The notes under the pieces were generated by a model, which saw only the letters and a program-made list of their open reading frames with translations, ran no database searches and had not been told where the DNA came from. Of a stretch of 64,000 nucleotides of DNA, positions 55,434-64,000 are shown in pieces. The DNA is from an uncultured Eubacteriales bacterium (GTDB lineage Bacteria > Bacillota > Clostridia > Oscillospirales > CAG-272): NCBI GenBank assembly GCA_934462825.1, contig CAKSIP010000004.1, forward strand, positions 19,710-83,709. Reading direction: 5' to 3'. The first letter of the stretch is position 1. Each line of letters starts with the position of its first letter. A program made the position numbers and the translations under genes.

Positions 55434-55835
55434 TTATCTCTTGGAGAACTGGCTGGCACGACGTGCAGCTTTGAGACCGTACTTCTTTCTTTCCTTCATA
55501 CGAGGATCACGTGTCAAAAGACCTGCTGCCTTCAGTGCGGGCTTATAAGCTTCGTCGGCTTTGACCAGCGCTCTTGCAAGGCCATGACGAATGGCTCCGG
55601 CCTGACCGGAAATACCGCCGCCGGACACGAGTGCGATAATATCAAACTTTCCGGTTGTGCCGGTTACGCCGAAGGGCTGATTTACGATCAGCTTCAGCGT
55701 TTCCAAACCGAAATATTCGTCAATATTCTTACCGTTAATCGTAATTACACCGGTTCCGGGCACGATGCGTACTCTTGCTACCGATTTCTTTCTTCTTCCG
55801 GTTCCGTAAAAATAAGGCTTAGAACTTGTGTACAT
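55434..55835 (-). CDS. rpsI: 30S ribosomal protein S9
   Basis: [19 protein letters not shown] and C-terminal [16 protein letters not shown]. Confidence 0.95.
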   Translation of the reverse strand: MYTSSKPYFYGTGRRKKSVARVRIVPGTGVITINGKNIDEYFGLETLKLIVNQPFGVTGTTGKFDIIALVSGGGISGQAGAIRHGLARALVKADEAYKPALKAAGLLTRDPRMKERKKYGLKAARRASQFSKR

Positions 55836-55859
55836 CTGTTATCGTCCTTTCTTTCCTAA

Positions 55860-56276
55860 TTAAAACTCATAAGCCTGGGGCTTCTGAGCCTCATGGCAGT
55901 GAGTATTGCCGGCATATACCTTCAAGCGGGTTGCCGACTTTCTTCCGAGCGTATTGTGAGGAAGCATGCCTTTCACAGCAAGCTCCATGGCCATTTCCGG
56001 ACGGGTTGCCATCAGAGTTTTGTACTGTACTTCCTTTAATCCGCTGATATAGCCGGAATGATGACGATAATACTTCTGAGTGAGTTTTTTACCGGTGAGA
56101 ACAGCCTTACCGGCATTGATGATGATGACATACTCCCCGCAATCTTCATTCGGGGTAAATTCGGGGCGATGCTTGCCGCGAAGAATGGTAGCCGCTACAA
56201 CAGCCGTTCTACCGAGAGGCTTATCGGCCGCATCAATAACATACCATTTGCGGTCATACTTTTGATTCGTGGACAT
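55860..56276 (-). CDS. rplM: 50S ribosomal protein L13
   Basis: RKWYVIDA...VIIINAGKAVLTGKK signature. ATG at 56276 after a GGAGGAAAG SD. Confidence 0.95.
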   Translation of the reverse strand: MSTNQKYDRKWYVIDAADKPLGRTAVVAATILRGKHRPEFTPNEDCGEYVIIINAGKAVLTGKKLTQKYYRHHSGYISGLKEVQYKTLMATRPEMAMELAVKGMLPHNTLGRKSATRLKVYAGNTHCHEAQKPQAYEF

Positions 56277-56327
56277 TATTGGTCTTTCCTCCAATTTTTA
56301 ATGTTGTTTATTTTTTCCGACTTTCAC

Positions 56328-56356
56328 ATTATAGCACAGAGCTTTTTTTCTGTCAA
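56328..56356 (-). promoter_or_regulatory. consensus sigma-A promoter TTGACA-17-TATAAT for rplM-rpsI
   Basis: -35 at 56351-56356 and -10 at 56328-56333 on the minus strand. The leader is ~45 nt. Confidence 0.8.
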
Positions 56357-56533
56357 GTGTTTTTTTGAAAAAAAGCAAATATTTTAATTTAGCACTTCAA
56401 AACCTCTCGTTTTCTCGTTTTTTCATATGTTTTTCTCGCCCTGCCGCGCGCGTGATTTTATTTTTTATCATGGCATAATCGGCCGACAGCGGCATATGAT
56501 TAGGATAGAAAACAAAAACCAGGAGGTTCAACA

Positions 56534-57502
56534 ATGACAAACGCATATCTGCCGGAAGGGCTTCTTATCGCAAAACCCGAAAACCAGGCCTATTTATCCT
56601 CCCTACAGGGGCTTGAGCAAGCTCTGCTGCAAGGCAGGATTTTAGAAGCCACCGCTCTGCTTTGCGACAACACGCTGCGGCTTCATATAGATCTCGGAGG
56701 CATGCGGGGCTACATAGAGAAGCAGGAGTGTCTTTACTGCCGTCCCGGCGAATCCATCAAAGACATTGCCGTTATCACCAGAGTGGGAAAGCCCGTATGC
56801 TTTAAGGTCATGCGGATAGAGCGAGACGAAAACGGCCCCTATGCCGTGCTTTCCCGCCGTTTGGCTCAGCAGGAATGTTATCATTCCTATCTTTCGGATC
56901 TGATGAACGGCGACATCATTCCGGCCAAGGTCACGCATTTGGAGAACTTCGGCGCCTTTGTAGACATTGGTTGCGGCATTTCTTCTTTACTTTCCATTGA
57001 CTGCATTTCCGTTTCCCGCATCTCCCACCCGCGCGATCGACTGGCCGTAGGGCAATTTACGGATGTAGCGGTCAAAGCCATTGATCGGGGCAACGGACGC
57101 ATTTTTGTTTCCTTGCGGGAGCTTCTCGGCACATGGGAGGAAAACGCGCGTCAATTCAAGGTAGGCAGCACGGTGGCCGGTGTAATCCGAAGCATTGAAA
57201 GCTATGGCATCTTTGTAGAGTTATCCCCCAATTTGGCGGGGCTTGCCGAAACCAAGGACAGCCGGCGTTTTCCGATGCCCTCGCCCGATTGGATTGGGCG
57301 AAGGGCCGCTGTTTTCATCAAAAGCATCACGCCCGAGCGTATGAAAATCAAGCTCGTGCTGATCGACATTGCCGGCAAGGCCGAGCTATCCGCGCTCAAG
57401 CACTACGTAGCGTTGCCTACTGTGAAGCACATAGACTATTGGCGCTATTCCCCTGACGGTTGCAGCAAGGTCATAGAAACGTACTTTTCCACCGGAAGAT
57501 AA
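56534..57502 (+). CDS. S1 RNA-binding domain protein
   Basis: Two S1-like OB folds ([21 protein letters not shown]; GSTVAGVIRSIESYGIFVEL). AGGAGG SD. Confidence 0.8.
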   Translation: MTNAYLPEGLLIAKPENQAYLSSLQGLEQALLQGRILEATALLCDNTLRLHIDLGGMRGYIEKQECLYCRPGESIKDIAVITRVGKPVCFKVMRIERDENGPYAVLSRRLAQQECYHSYLSDLMNGDIIPAKVTHLENFGAFVDIGCGISSLLSIDCISVSRISHPRDRLAVGQFTDVAVKAIDRGNGRIFVSLRELLGTWEENARQFKVGSTVAGVIRSIESYGIFVELSPNLAGLAETKDSRRFPMPSPDWIGRRAAVFIKSITPERMKIKLVLIDIAGKAELSALKHYVALPTVKHIDYWRYSPDGCSKVIETYFSTGR

Positions 57503-57520
57503 AATCAAAAAACATAGGCG

Positions 57521-57553
57521 GCGCTTCCGAATCCGCACGGATTCGGAAGCGCC
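57521..57553. terminator. bidirectional terminator between the S1-domain gene and pcrA
   Basis: 15-bp perfect stem GCGCTTCCGAATCCG/CGGATTCGGAAGCGC. The flanking genes converge on it. Confidence 0.8.
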
Positions 57554-57575
57554 CGCTTGCATTTTTTCTCGGGGA

Positions 57576-59969
57576 CTATTCTATCTTTACAAGCTTTGCA
57601 TAAGTTCCCATCAGTTTTTTGGTTCCCACGCTGTCAAAAATGACCTCGTAAAGAAGGTCGGCTCCCATCGGCTTCACCGAAAGGATTTCTCCCTCTCCAA
57701 ACACGGCGTGCTTGACGCGATCCCCCGGTGAAAATTTTTCCGCAGACGCAGGGGCTTTTTTCACAAGAGGTTTTCCCACGGTAATTTCGTTATCAAAAGC
57801 AGGCGTTTCTTTGCGCAGATAAATTTTCGGTGCGTGCCGGATCTCTTCCTTTCGGCGTTCCTCCGCTCTCGCGCTTTCGCTGACTGTCAGCTTGGCAGGG
57901 ATTTCCCCGATAAAGCGGGATGGCGGATTATACTGCGTTCGTCCATATTGAATACGGGAGCGTGCGGTGGTAATAAATAATTCCTCTTTGGCGCGCGTGA
58001 TGGCCACGTAAGCCAAACGGCGTTCTTCCTCCAATTCGTCCTCGTTCATGGAGGCCTGCATGCCAGGGAAGATTCCCTCCTCCATTCCGGGCAAAAACAC
58101 GACCGGGAACTCCAGCCCCTTCGCACTGTGAATGGTCATCAACACAACCGCATCGGCGGTTTCGTCATAGCGATCCACGTCGGCTACAAGGGAGGTTTCC
58201 TCCAGGAACCCTGTCAAGGTTGCCTCCTCGTTCGCATTCATGTATTCCACTACACCCGAAACAAATTCCGCCAGGTTTTCCAAGCGGTCAGCTTCCTCTT
58301 GTCCGGCTTCCTCCAACATTTTTCGATAGCCGGAACGCTCCAGCGTCAGATTAACCAGGGCATCCAAGGGACAGCCTTCGGCGGCTGCCTTGGAAAGCGA
58401 TTCGATCAAATCGGCAAAATCCATTAACGCAGTGGCGGTGCGGGCAAGCGCCGCATACTGACCGGCATTTTTCAAAACCTCAAACATGCTGGTTCCCGTT
58501 TCTCCGGCAATCGCCTCAATGGCCTCCAACGTCCGTTCGCCGATCTTTCGCTTCGGCTCGTTAATGATACGGAGCAAGCGCATATTGTCACTGTGATTGT
58601 TAATCAGCTGCAAATAGGCTACAATATCCCGAATTTCCTTGCGGTCGGTAAAGCGCACTCCGCCGAGAAGGCGATAAGGCACGGCGCTTTTGGCAAAAAT
58701 TTTCTCCAAATTTTGAGATTGAGCGTTTGTCCGATAGAGCACGGCAAAGTCTCGGTACTGCCGTTTTTTCTCGCTCACCATACGGTTGATCGTTTCGGTG
58801 ATGTAGCGGGCCTCTCCGTTTTGATCCTCCAGCTTTTCCACATGAATCGGTGTTCCCTTGCCCCCGGCCGTCCATAGATTTTTTCCGCGTCGGCCGGCAT
58901 TGTTTTGAATCACGGCGTTGGCGGCATCCAAAATCGTAGACGTCGAACGATAATTTTGCTCCAGCTTAATCACCTTGGCATCCTTAAAATACCGATCAAA
59001 GCCGAGGATATTTTCAATCGTTGCTCCACGGAATTTGTAAATACTCTGATCGTCGTCGCCCACAACCATCAGATTTTTATGTTGGGAAGCCAACAGAGCC
59101 GTCAGAGCAAACTGTGCCTCGTTAGTGTCCTGATATTCATCGACGCAAACGTAAGCAAAGCGGTTCGCGTACTGCTCCAAAACGTCCGGGAAAAGGCGGA
59201 ACAGCCGCACGGTATTCATGATAATATCATCAAAGTCCATGGCATTGGAGGCTACCATCCGCTCCTGATACCGCTCATAAATCTTACCGATCTGCGACAG
59301 GCGATAGTCCTGCCCGGCCTCATTCAAAAACATTTCCGCGGTTTTCAGCTTGTCTTTGGCTCGGCTGATATAGTTCATGACTGTCTTCAGCGGAAGTGCC
59401 TTTTCATCGACATTCAGCTCCTTCATGGCCGCAGAAATCGTCTTTTTTGTATCTTCCGTATCATAAATGGTAAATTCTTTTTTATATCCGATCCGTTCGG
59501 CGTGAACACGAAGGATTCGCATACAGATGGAATGGAAGGTGCCAGCCCATATGGCGTTCGGAATATCGGGATCATCAAAGGAGGCCGCCAGCCGCGTTTT
59601 GATTTCCGAGGCGGCTTTATTGGTAAAGGTGATCGCCAGCACGCGCCACGGCGGGCACGGGTTGCTGACAAATTCCGGCAGCACATATTCAATCCCCTCT
59701 ATGGGAAATGAAAGCGCCGCCTCCAAGCTCTCCACCTGTGCCTCGGTAATGTTGGCGGGTACTTCCTTGCTGTAATAGGCATTGCCGTATTTAATTATGT
59801 AGGCAATGCGTTTGACAAGCACCGTGGTTTTTCCGCTTCCCGCCCCCGCCAGAATGAGAAGCGGATCCTTGATGGTAAACACGGCCCTTCTCTGCTCCTC
59901 GTTCAAAGAAGCATAGGCTTTATCAAAAAGTGCTTTTTTTATTTTTAAATATCTTTCGCTTAATTCCAT
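57576..59969 (-). CDS. pcrA: ATP-dependent DNA helicase PcrA/UvrD
   Basis: Motif I AGAGSGKT, motif II DEYQDTN, and a C-terminal Tudor-like tail. Start at the ATG at 59969 (MELSERYL); the ORF-track extension to 60182 was rejected. Confidence 0.9.
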   Translation of the reverse strand: MELSERYLKIKKALFDKAYASLNEEQRRAVFTIKDPLLILAGAGSGKTTVLVKRIAYIIKYGNAYYSKEVPANITEAQVESLEAALSFPIEGIEYVLPEFVSNPCPPWRVLAITFTNKAASEIKTRLAASFDDPDIPNAIWAGTFHSICMRILRVHAERIGYKKEFTIYDTEDTKKTISAAMKELNVDEKALPLKTVMNYISRAKDKLKTAEMFLNEAGQDYRLSQIGKIYERYQERMVASNAMDFDDIIMNTVRLFRLFPDVLEQYANRFAYVCVDEYQDTNEAQFALTALLASQHKNLMVVGDDDQSIYKFRGATIENILGFDRYFKDAKVIKLEQNYRSTSTILDAANAVIQNNAGRRGKNLWTAGGKGTPIHVEKLEDQNGEARYITETINRMVSEKKRQYRDFAVLYRTNAQSQNLEKIFAKSAVPYRLLGGVRFTDRKEIRDIVAYLQLINNHSDNMRLLRIINEPKRKIGERTLEAIEAIAGETGTSMFEVLKNAGQYAALARTATALMDFADLIESLSKAAAEGCPLDALVNLTLERSGYRKMLEEAGQEEADRLENLAEFVSGVVEYMNANEEATLTGFLEETSLVADVDRYDETADAVVLMTIHSAKGLEFPVVFLPGMEEGIFPGMQASMNEDELEEERRLAYVAITRAKEELFITTARSRIQYGRTQYNPPSRFIGEIPAKLTVSESARAEERRKEEIRHAPKIYLRKETPAFDNEITVGKPLVKKAPASAEKFSPGDRVKHAVFGEGEILSVKPMGADLLYEVIFDSVGTKKLMGTYAKLVKIE

Positions 59970-60032
59970 GATACAGACAAGCCTTTCACAAATATAGCAA
60001 CCGACAGCCGTTAAAAACGCATCCTTTTCTTT

Positions 60033-60059
60033 CAAAAAATGCCGGGGTTCAACCGGCAT
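60033..60059 (-). terminator. intrinsic terminator closing the secA-membrane-membrane unit
   Basis: On the minus strand: ATGCCGG-TTGAACC-CCGGCAT followed by TTTTTT, 8 nt after the stop at 60067. Confidence 0.75.
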
Positions 60060-60066
60060 CGGAAGG

Positions 60067-61512
60067 TTATAACAATCTGTGGTTTTCGTCGATTTCATCC
60101 CGCAGGGCATTCGCTGCAAAAAGCAGCGACAGAGCAAAACAGCCCTCCAGCGCAAAATCAATAACCCAGGTGATCTGAGCAAAGGTTCCGCGCTCGATCA
60201 GCATAAAATCATAAATAACAGCAAAAACGGCGCCGGCAACGGCAAAAACGGCCACCGGAATCAGCTTCCAAAGCAATTCCCGTTGCATGACATTCAAGCG
60301 TGAGGAAACCGAAAATGCGGGATCAAATCCACTATAGGAAACGATCATTTCCTTCAATGCGAGCAAAAGCATGGCAACCATGCAGAGAAACGCAATGTTT
60401 TCCAGCACGGTACTTCCGCACATAAAGCAAAACAAAGTAAAGGCCTCATGGATTCGGTTGACCGCCGAGAAAGAACCGAACTGATCCAGATAAAAGACCT
60501 TCGCAAAAGAAGCCAACAGGCTGGCGCCCAAATAAACGCCCGCGGCAATCATCAGCTTCTTATAATTTTTCACATAGTGCCGCATGGCAAAGGCCGCTCC
60601 CAAAAACAAAGCAGCCGCCAAAGCGTCGGGAATAATATTGATTCCATCCAGCATGGAGCCGGGCAAAATATCAATGTTTTCGATATGAAGATCCAGACAA
60701 AGCAAAGCGCCGGCGCACATCAGAGTCAGGGCGTTTTTCAGGCTTTTTCGCGTAAACCAGCCCACTCTCGGAAGCACATTCTGCCGAAACAGATTGCCGA
60801 GATTTTCAAGAAACGGCTCATCGCGGAACACGTCAAAAAAGAGGCGTAAAAAGCAGCACAGCCACGCAATGCCGACACCGAGCGCCGGCAAACAAGCAAC
60901 CACACGCAAATCACGAATATATTCGTACAGGTACATCACAAAGGAGCCTGTATACTCACCAATCGTCAGTGCGGCAAACTCCGGCAAGGTGCCGAGCACC
61001 GCCTTGACAACGACAAAAACCAAAGTGAGACGCAACAGCTTTTCACCAATATTTTCGGTCGCCGTCGGTTTTTTTCGACAAATTGCGCTTCCCCCATAAC
61101 GGCCGCCCAAATACAAAAGGCCGTGAAAGAAGTTCAGCCACGCCGGCACAAGGAAGATCAGATCCAGCACGGAAAAAACAAAGGTAAAGGTAAGAAGGAA
61201 ATACGGCCGATTGGCATTGACATTGCCGACCACTCCAAACATCACCGCCAGCGCGACCAGCTTGCACGAGCTAACAATCAGCATTTTCTTAAAGCCGTTC
61301 AAGGCGGACGCCAGGGACTCATTCAGCAAAGCGATTTGCGAAAGGCCGATGCACAGCAAAATATACCCCAAAAGATCGGGAAGCACGTCAATCCCGGCCA
61401 CGTCGGGGTTAAAAAGGAACACGGCAGCCGCCATCATCCATCCGAAGCCCATTTTTTTACGCACTTTGATAGGCGCCAATGGAGCCGATTCTCTTGCATT
61501 GAGAGCTGTCAT
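60067..61512 (-). CDS. polytopic membrane protein of unknown function (internally duplicated)
   Basis: 481 aa with more than 10 TM helices. ATGA overlap with the upstream gene. AAGGAAGGA SD. No family recognised. Confidence 0.6.
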   Translation of the reverse strand: MTALNARESAPLAPIKVRKKMGFGWMMAAAVFLFNPDVAGIDVLPDLLGYILLCIGLSQIALLNESLASALNGFKKMLIVSSCKLVALAVMFGVVGNVNANRPYFLLTFTFVFSVLDLIFLVPAWLNFFHGLLYLGGRYGGSAICRKKPTATENIGEKLLRLTLVFVVVKAVLGTLPEFAALTIGEYTGSFVMYLYEYIRDLRVVACLPALGVGIAWLCCFLRLFFDVFRDEPFLENLGNLFRQNVLPRVGWFTRKSLKNALTLMCAGALLCLDLHIENIDILPGSMLDGINIIPDALAAALFLGAAFAMRHYVKNYKKLMIAAGVYLGASLLASFAKVFYLDQFGSFSAVNRIHEAFTLFCFMCGSTVLENIAFLCMVAMLLLALKEMIVSYSGFDPAFSVSSRLNVMQRELLWKLIPVAVFAVAGAVFAVIYDFMLIERGTFAQITWVIDFALEGCFALSLLFAANALRDEIDENHRLL

Positions 61513-62237
61513 GCTTTTTTCCTTCCTTTCTGTTTTTGTTCCTCCGCCTTTTTCTGCTTTTTTTGACGTCGTTTTTCCGAAAAAGATCGGGCCGAGTCGT
61601 AGGCGTTTTGTTCTCTCCGGTTGATCACTTCTTCCATTTTGCGGAAAATCGGAATTTTCGGTTCTTTGACCTTCTGCATATCTTCGTCCCCTTCTTCACA
61701 AATCATGCGATAGCAGGAAACCAGCAAAATCAGGTTCAACGCCACAAACAAGAAGCGCAAAATAAACGAGCAGTACCAAAGCACCTTTCCCGCTTGACTG
61801 TCCGGAGAAACGGAAAGAATGCCGATGGTGACAAAATACACGACCTCAGCGGCGCCCACCAAGAACAAATTTCGCATGGAGCGGTATGCCACCTTCGGCA
61901 AATTCGTTTCCTTGGCAATGGAACAAATCGCAAGCAGGAGAAAATAGTGAAGCACCATAGACAGCGCCTCCTCAAGGCAACCGACCACGTTGTACACGGT
62001 TCCGCTCAGGAAGCCCACAGTCAGGGAGGCCATACGCCCGATTTGAGCCGCAAGCATGTAAGCTCCCACCACGCATAGCGGGTACAAGGCCCACAGGCAC
62101 CGTTTGAATTTTGTATTATAATCCGAAAGCTTGATCACGCCCCATATCATCAGGCCATAGCCGATCAATCTCGGCACCATTGCATAAGACAGCAAATAAA
62201 CGGTGATATACCCTAAAAAAAGCAGGCCAAATCCCAT
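61509..62237 (-). CDS. polytopic membrane protein of unknown function with Lys-rich C-terminal tail (paralogue of 60067-61512)
   Basis: Start at the ATG at 62237 (MGFGLLFLGY) behind a GGAGAAGGGGGAG SD. Tail sequence EKRRQKKQKKAEEQKQKGRKKA. Confidence 0.6.
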   Translation of the reverse strand: MGFGLLFLGYITVYLLSYAMVPRLIGYGLMIWGVIKLSDYNTKFKRCLWALYPLCVVGAYMLAAQIGRMASLTVGFLSGTVYNVVGCLEEALSMVLHYFLLLAICSIAKETNLPKVAYRSMRNLFLVGAAEVVYFVTIGILSVSPDSQAGKVLWYCSFILRFLFVALNLILLVSCYRMICEEGDEDMQKVKEPKIPIFRKMEEVINRREQNAYDSARSFSEKRRQKKQKKAEEQKQKGRKKA

Positions 62238-62293
62238 GGTTCTTTCTCCCCCTTCTCCTTTCCTCACGTTCGGACACGACCGGGAAGCGAAAA

Positions 62294-64000
62294 TTATTCG
62301 TCGTCCCCTTCCCCTTGGTTTGCTCCGCAGCATTTTTTATATTTCTTGCCGCTTCCGCAAGGGCACGGATCGTTGCGGCCGACCTTTTGCCCTTTTACCA
62401 CGGGCGTTCCCTTCGGTTCGGACGTTTTTTTCACGGTCACTCTGGTTTTGGAAGAACCGGGCGCTCCTTCAAAACCGGCTGTGATGGGTTTAGCCACTTC
62501 CACACGGGACACTTCCGGCGCCTTGGGGAAAATGGCAAGAATCATACGCACGGTGCGGTCACGAATTTCATTGACCATTTCATCGAACATATCGGCGCCC
62601 TGCATACGATATTCCACCACGGGATCTCTCTGAGCATACGATTGCAGGTTGATGCTCTCTTTCAGGGCATCCATCGCTTCAATATGCTCCATCCAGCTAC
62701 GGTCAACGCTTTGCAAAAGCACGGCACGCTCCACCTCGCGGAAGGCCTCGGCTCCGAACAAGGCTTCCTTGGAAGCATACAGCGTTTCGGCGCGGCGGCA
62801 AAGCTCGTCGATCAGATCCTTCCGCTGCAGCTTAGGCAGTTCCTCCGCCGTATAACGGAAGTCTTCATCACTGCAAAGCAAACCGTTATACTCGTTGCGG
62901 ATTACGCCAAAATTCCAATCCGAAGGCTCCTCGCCCGAAGTGGCTCTTTCCACCGTTTCGCCAATCGTTGTGCGAATCATATTCTTGATCTTTTCGGAAA
63001 CATCCTCTCCGTCCAGCACTTCACGGCGTTGTTTATAAATTACGGTTCTCTGTTGGTTCATCACGTCGTCATACGAGAGCACGTATTTACGGCGCTTAAA
63101 GTTCTGATCCTCAATGCGCTTTTGAGCACCTTCAATCGTATTGGAAAGGATTTTAGCGTCAATGGGCGTATCCTCGTCGATACCCAGAGCGTTGATGACG
63201 CCCTCCACTCTTTCGCTTCCAAACAGCCGCATCAGATCGTCCTGAAGGGATAAGAAAAACCGAGATTCGCCGGGATCTCCCTGACGGCCGGAACGGCCGC
63301 GGAGCTGGTTATCAATCCGTCGGCTTTCATGCCGCTCCGTACCGAGGATAAACAAGCCGCCCGCCTCTTTGACCTTTTCGGCCTCCGGGGCAATCTCCTC
63401 TTTATATTTTCGGTAAAGTCCGGCATAGATCTGCCGGGCATTCTGCACGTTTTCGTCGTCAATTTCCCGTGTTCCGGTAGCCATCGCAATCAAATCCTCA
63501 TCAATCTCCATGCGACGCATTTCGGCCTTCGCCATATATTCAGGGTTGCCGCCGAGCATAATGTCCGTACCACGTCCTGCCATATTGGTAGAAATGGTCA
63601 CAGCGCCCAGCTTACCGGCCTGCGCTACGATTTCCGCCTCTTTGGCGTGATATTTCGCATTCAGGACGGTATGCGGGATTCCTTCCCGTTTCAGCAGCTT
63701 GGACAATTCCTCGGATTTATCAATGGAAATCGTTCCCACCAAAACCGGCTGTCCCTTGGCATGGCACTGTTTAATCTGTTCCACAACGGCTCTGTATTTT
63801 CCCGGAACCGTTTTATAAACGACATCGTGCCAATCCTTGCGAATCATGGGCATATTGGTCGGGACTTCCACGACATCAAGGCCGTAAATTTCCCGGAACT
63901 CATTTTCCTCCGTCATGGCGGTACCTGTCATACCGGAAAGCTTGTCATACATACGGAAATAGTTTTGGAAGGTAATCGTGGCAAGCGTCTTGTTTTCTTT
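62294..64000 (-). CDS. secA: preprotein translocase ATPase SecA (C-terminal ~570 aa; 5' end outside the window)
   Basis: The reading frame continues to the window edge (TLATITFQNYFRMYDKLSGMTGTA). C-terminal zinc motif CPCGSGKKYKKCCG. Confidence 0.95.
   Translation of the reverse strand, partial: KENKTLATITFQNYFRMYDKLSGMTGTAMTEENEFREIYGLDVVEVPTNMPMIRKDWHDVVYKTVPGKYRAVVEQIKQCHAKGQPVLVGTISIDKSEELSKLLKREGIPHTVLNAKYHAKEAEIVAQAGKLGAVTISTNMAGRGTDIMLGGNPEYMAKAEMRRMEIDEDLIAMATGTREIDDENVQNARQIYAGLYRKYKEEIAPEAEKVKEAGGLFILGTERHESRRIDNQLRGRSGRQGDPGESRFFLSLQDDLMRLFGSERVEGVINALGIDEDTPIDAKILSNTIEGAQKRIEDQNFKRRKYVLSYDDVMNQQRTVIYKQRREVLDGEDVSEKIKNMIRTTIGETVERATSGEEPSDWNFGVIRNEYNGLLCSDEDFRYTAEELPKLQRKDLIDELCRRAETLYASKEALFGAEAFREVERAVLLQSVDRSWMEHIEAMDALKESINLQSYAQRDPVVEYRMQGADMFDEMVNEIRDRTVRMILAIFPKAPEVSRVEVAKPITAGFEGAPGSSKTRVTVKKTSEPKGTPVVKGQKVGRNDPCPCGSGKKYKKCCGANQGEGDDE

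Noticed and set aside
57576-60182. N-terminal extensions in ORF-track calls: pcrA to 60182, nadE to 43308, the TIM-barrel gene to 55279, tex to 5864, the DRTGG gene to 54077, and the membrane protein to 62333.
   Set aside because: The family-typical N-termini begin at internal ATGs preceded by strong SD sequences. The upstream extensions cross promoters or terminators and have no SD.
1-64000. Searched for mobile elements, prophage, defence islands (restriction-modification, Abi, CBASS-like), tRNA or rRNA genes.
   Set aside because: I recognised no integrase, transposase, recombinase, phage structural, nuclease/methylase or cas-like motifs in any frame. No tRNA-like T-arm or acceptor sequences were noticed by eye. 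tRNAscan and Infernal would be needed for certainty.

Overview
This window looks like a core chromosomal segment of an anaerobic Clostridia-type Firmicute. That placement is inferred from gene content only: an electron-bifurcating [FeFe]-hydrogenase operon, a YggS-SepF-YggT-IleS-LspA-RluD block, and a BMP-type nucleoside ABC system. All family calls come from reading motifs in the translated ORFs, because no database or HMM search could be run.

I support 55 protein-coding genes. Of these, 51 are on the minus strand, and secA runs off the right edge. I also support 8 sigma-A-type promoters, about 20 terminator or hairpin elements, and 5 short tandem-repeat arrays. I saw no rRNA, tRNA, CRISPR array, transposase, integrase or phage genes.

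From left to right the window contains:
- tadA and a CPBP protease
- an orphan MalK-type ATPase
- tex, an RsuA-like synthase, a PiT phosphate transporter and a cation/proton antiporter
- an AbgB-like M20 hydrolase with an amino-acid ABC system
- a BMP nucleoside ABC system
- a HAD phosphatase, then rluD-lspA-ileS-yggT-sepF-yggS, an HlyD-like protein, miaA and queA
- dapA
- an ~11-kb sugar/amino-sugar-type locus (31.9-43.4 kb)
- nadE, a DUF896 protein, a GNAT, an XRE-TPR regulator and xpt
- the hydrogenase operon with a DRTGG protein and a second TIM-barrel gene
- rpsI-rplM, an S1-domain protein and pcrA
- two paralogous membrane proteins, then secA

The best candidate for an undescribed system is the 31.9-43.4 kb locus. 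It combines a TIM-barrel protein, a PIG-L deacetylase, a divergent NagB-like protein, a DegT aminotransferase, a Gfo/Idh/MocA oxidoreductase, a 1090-aa orphan glycosidase-like protein, a split ThrE exporter and an LRR protein. A structured intergenic region with opposing terminators splits it in two.

Other features left unexplained:
- three heptamer tandem arrays that fill the stop-to-start spacers of co-directional genes
- a hexamer array that encodes both the LspA tail and the putative upstream extension of the rluD ORF
- a family of A6/T6-cored palindromic terminators
- secA-linked paralogous membrane proteins
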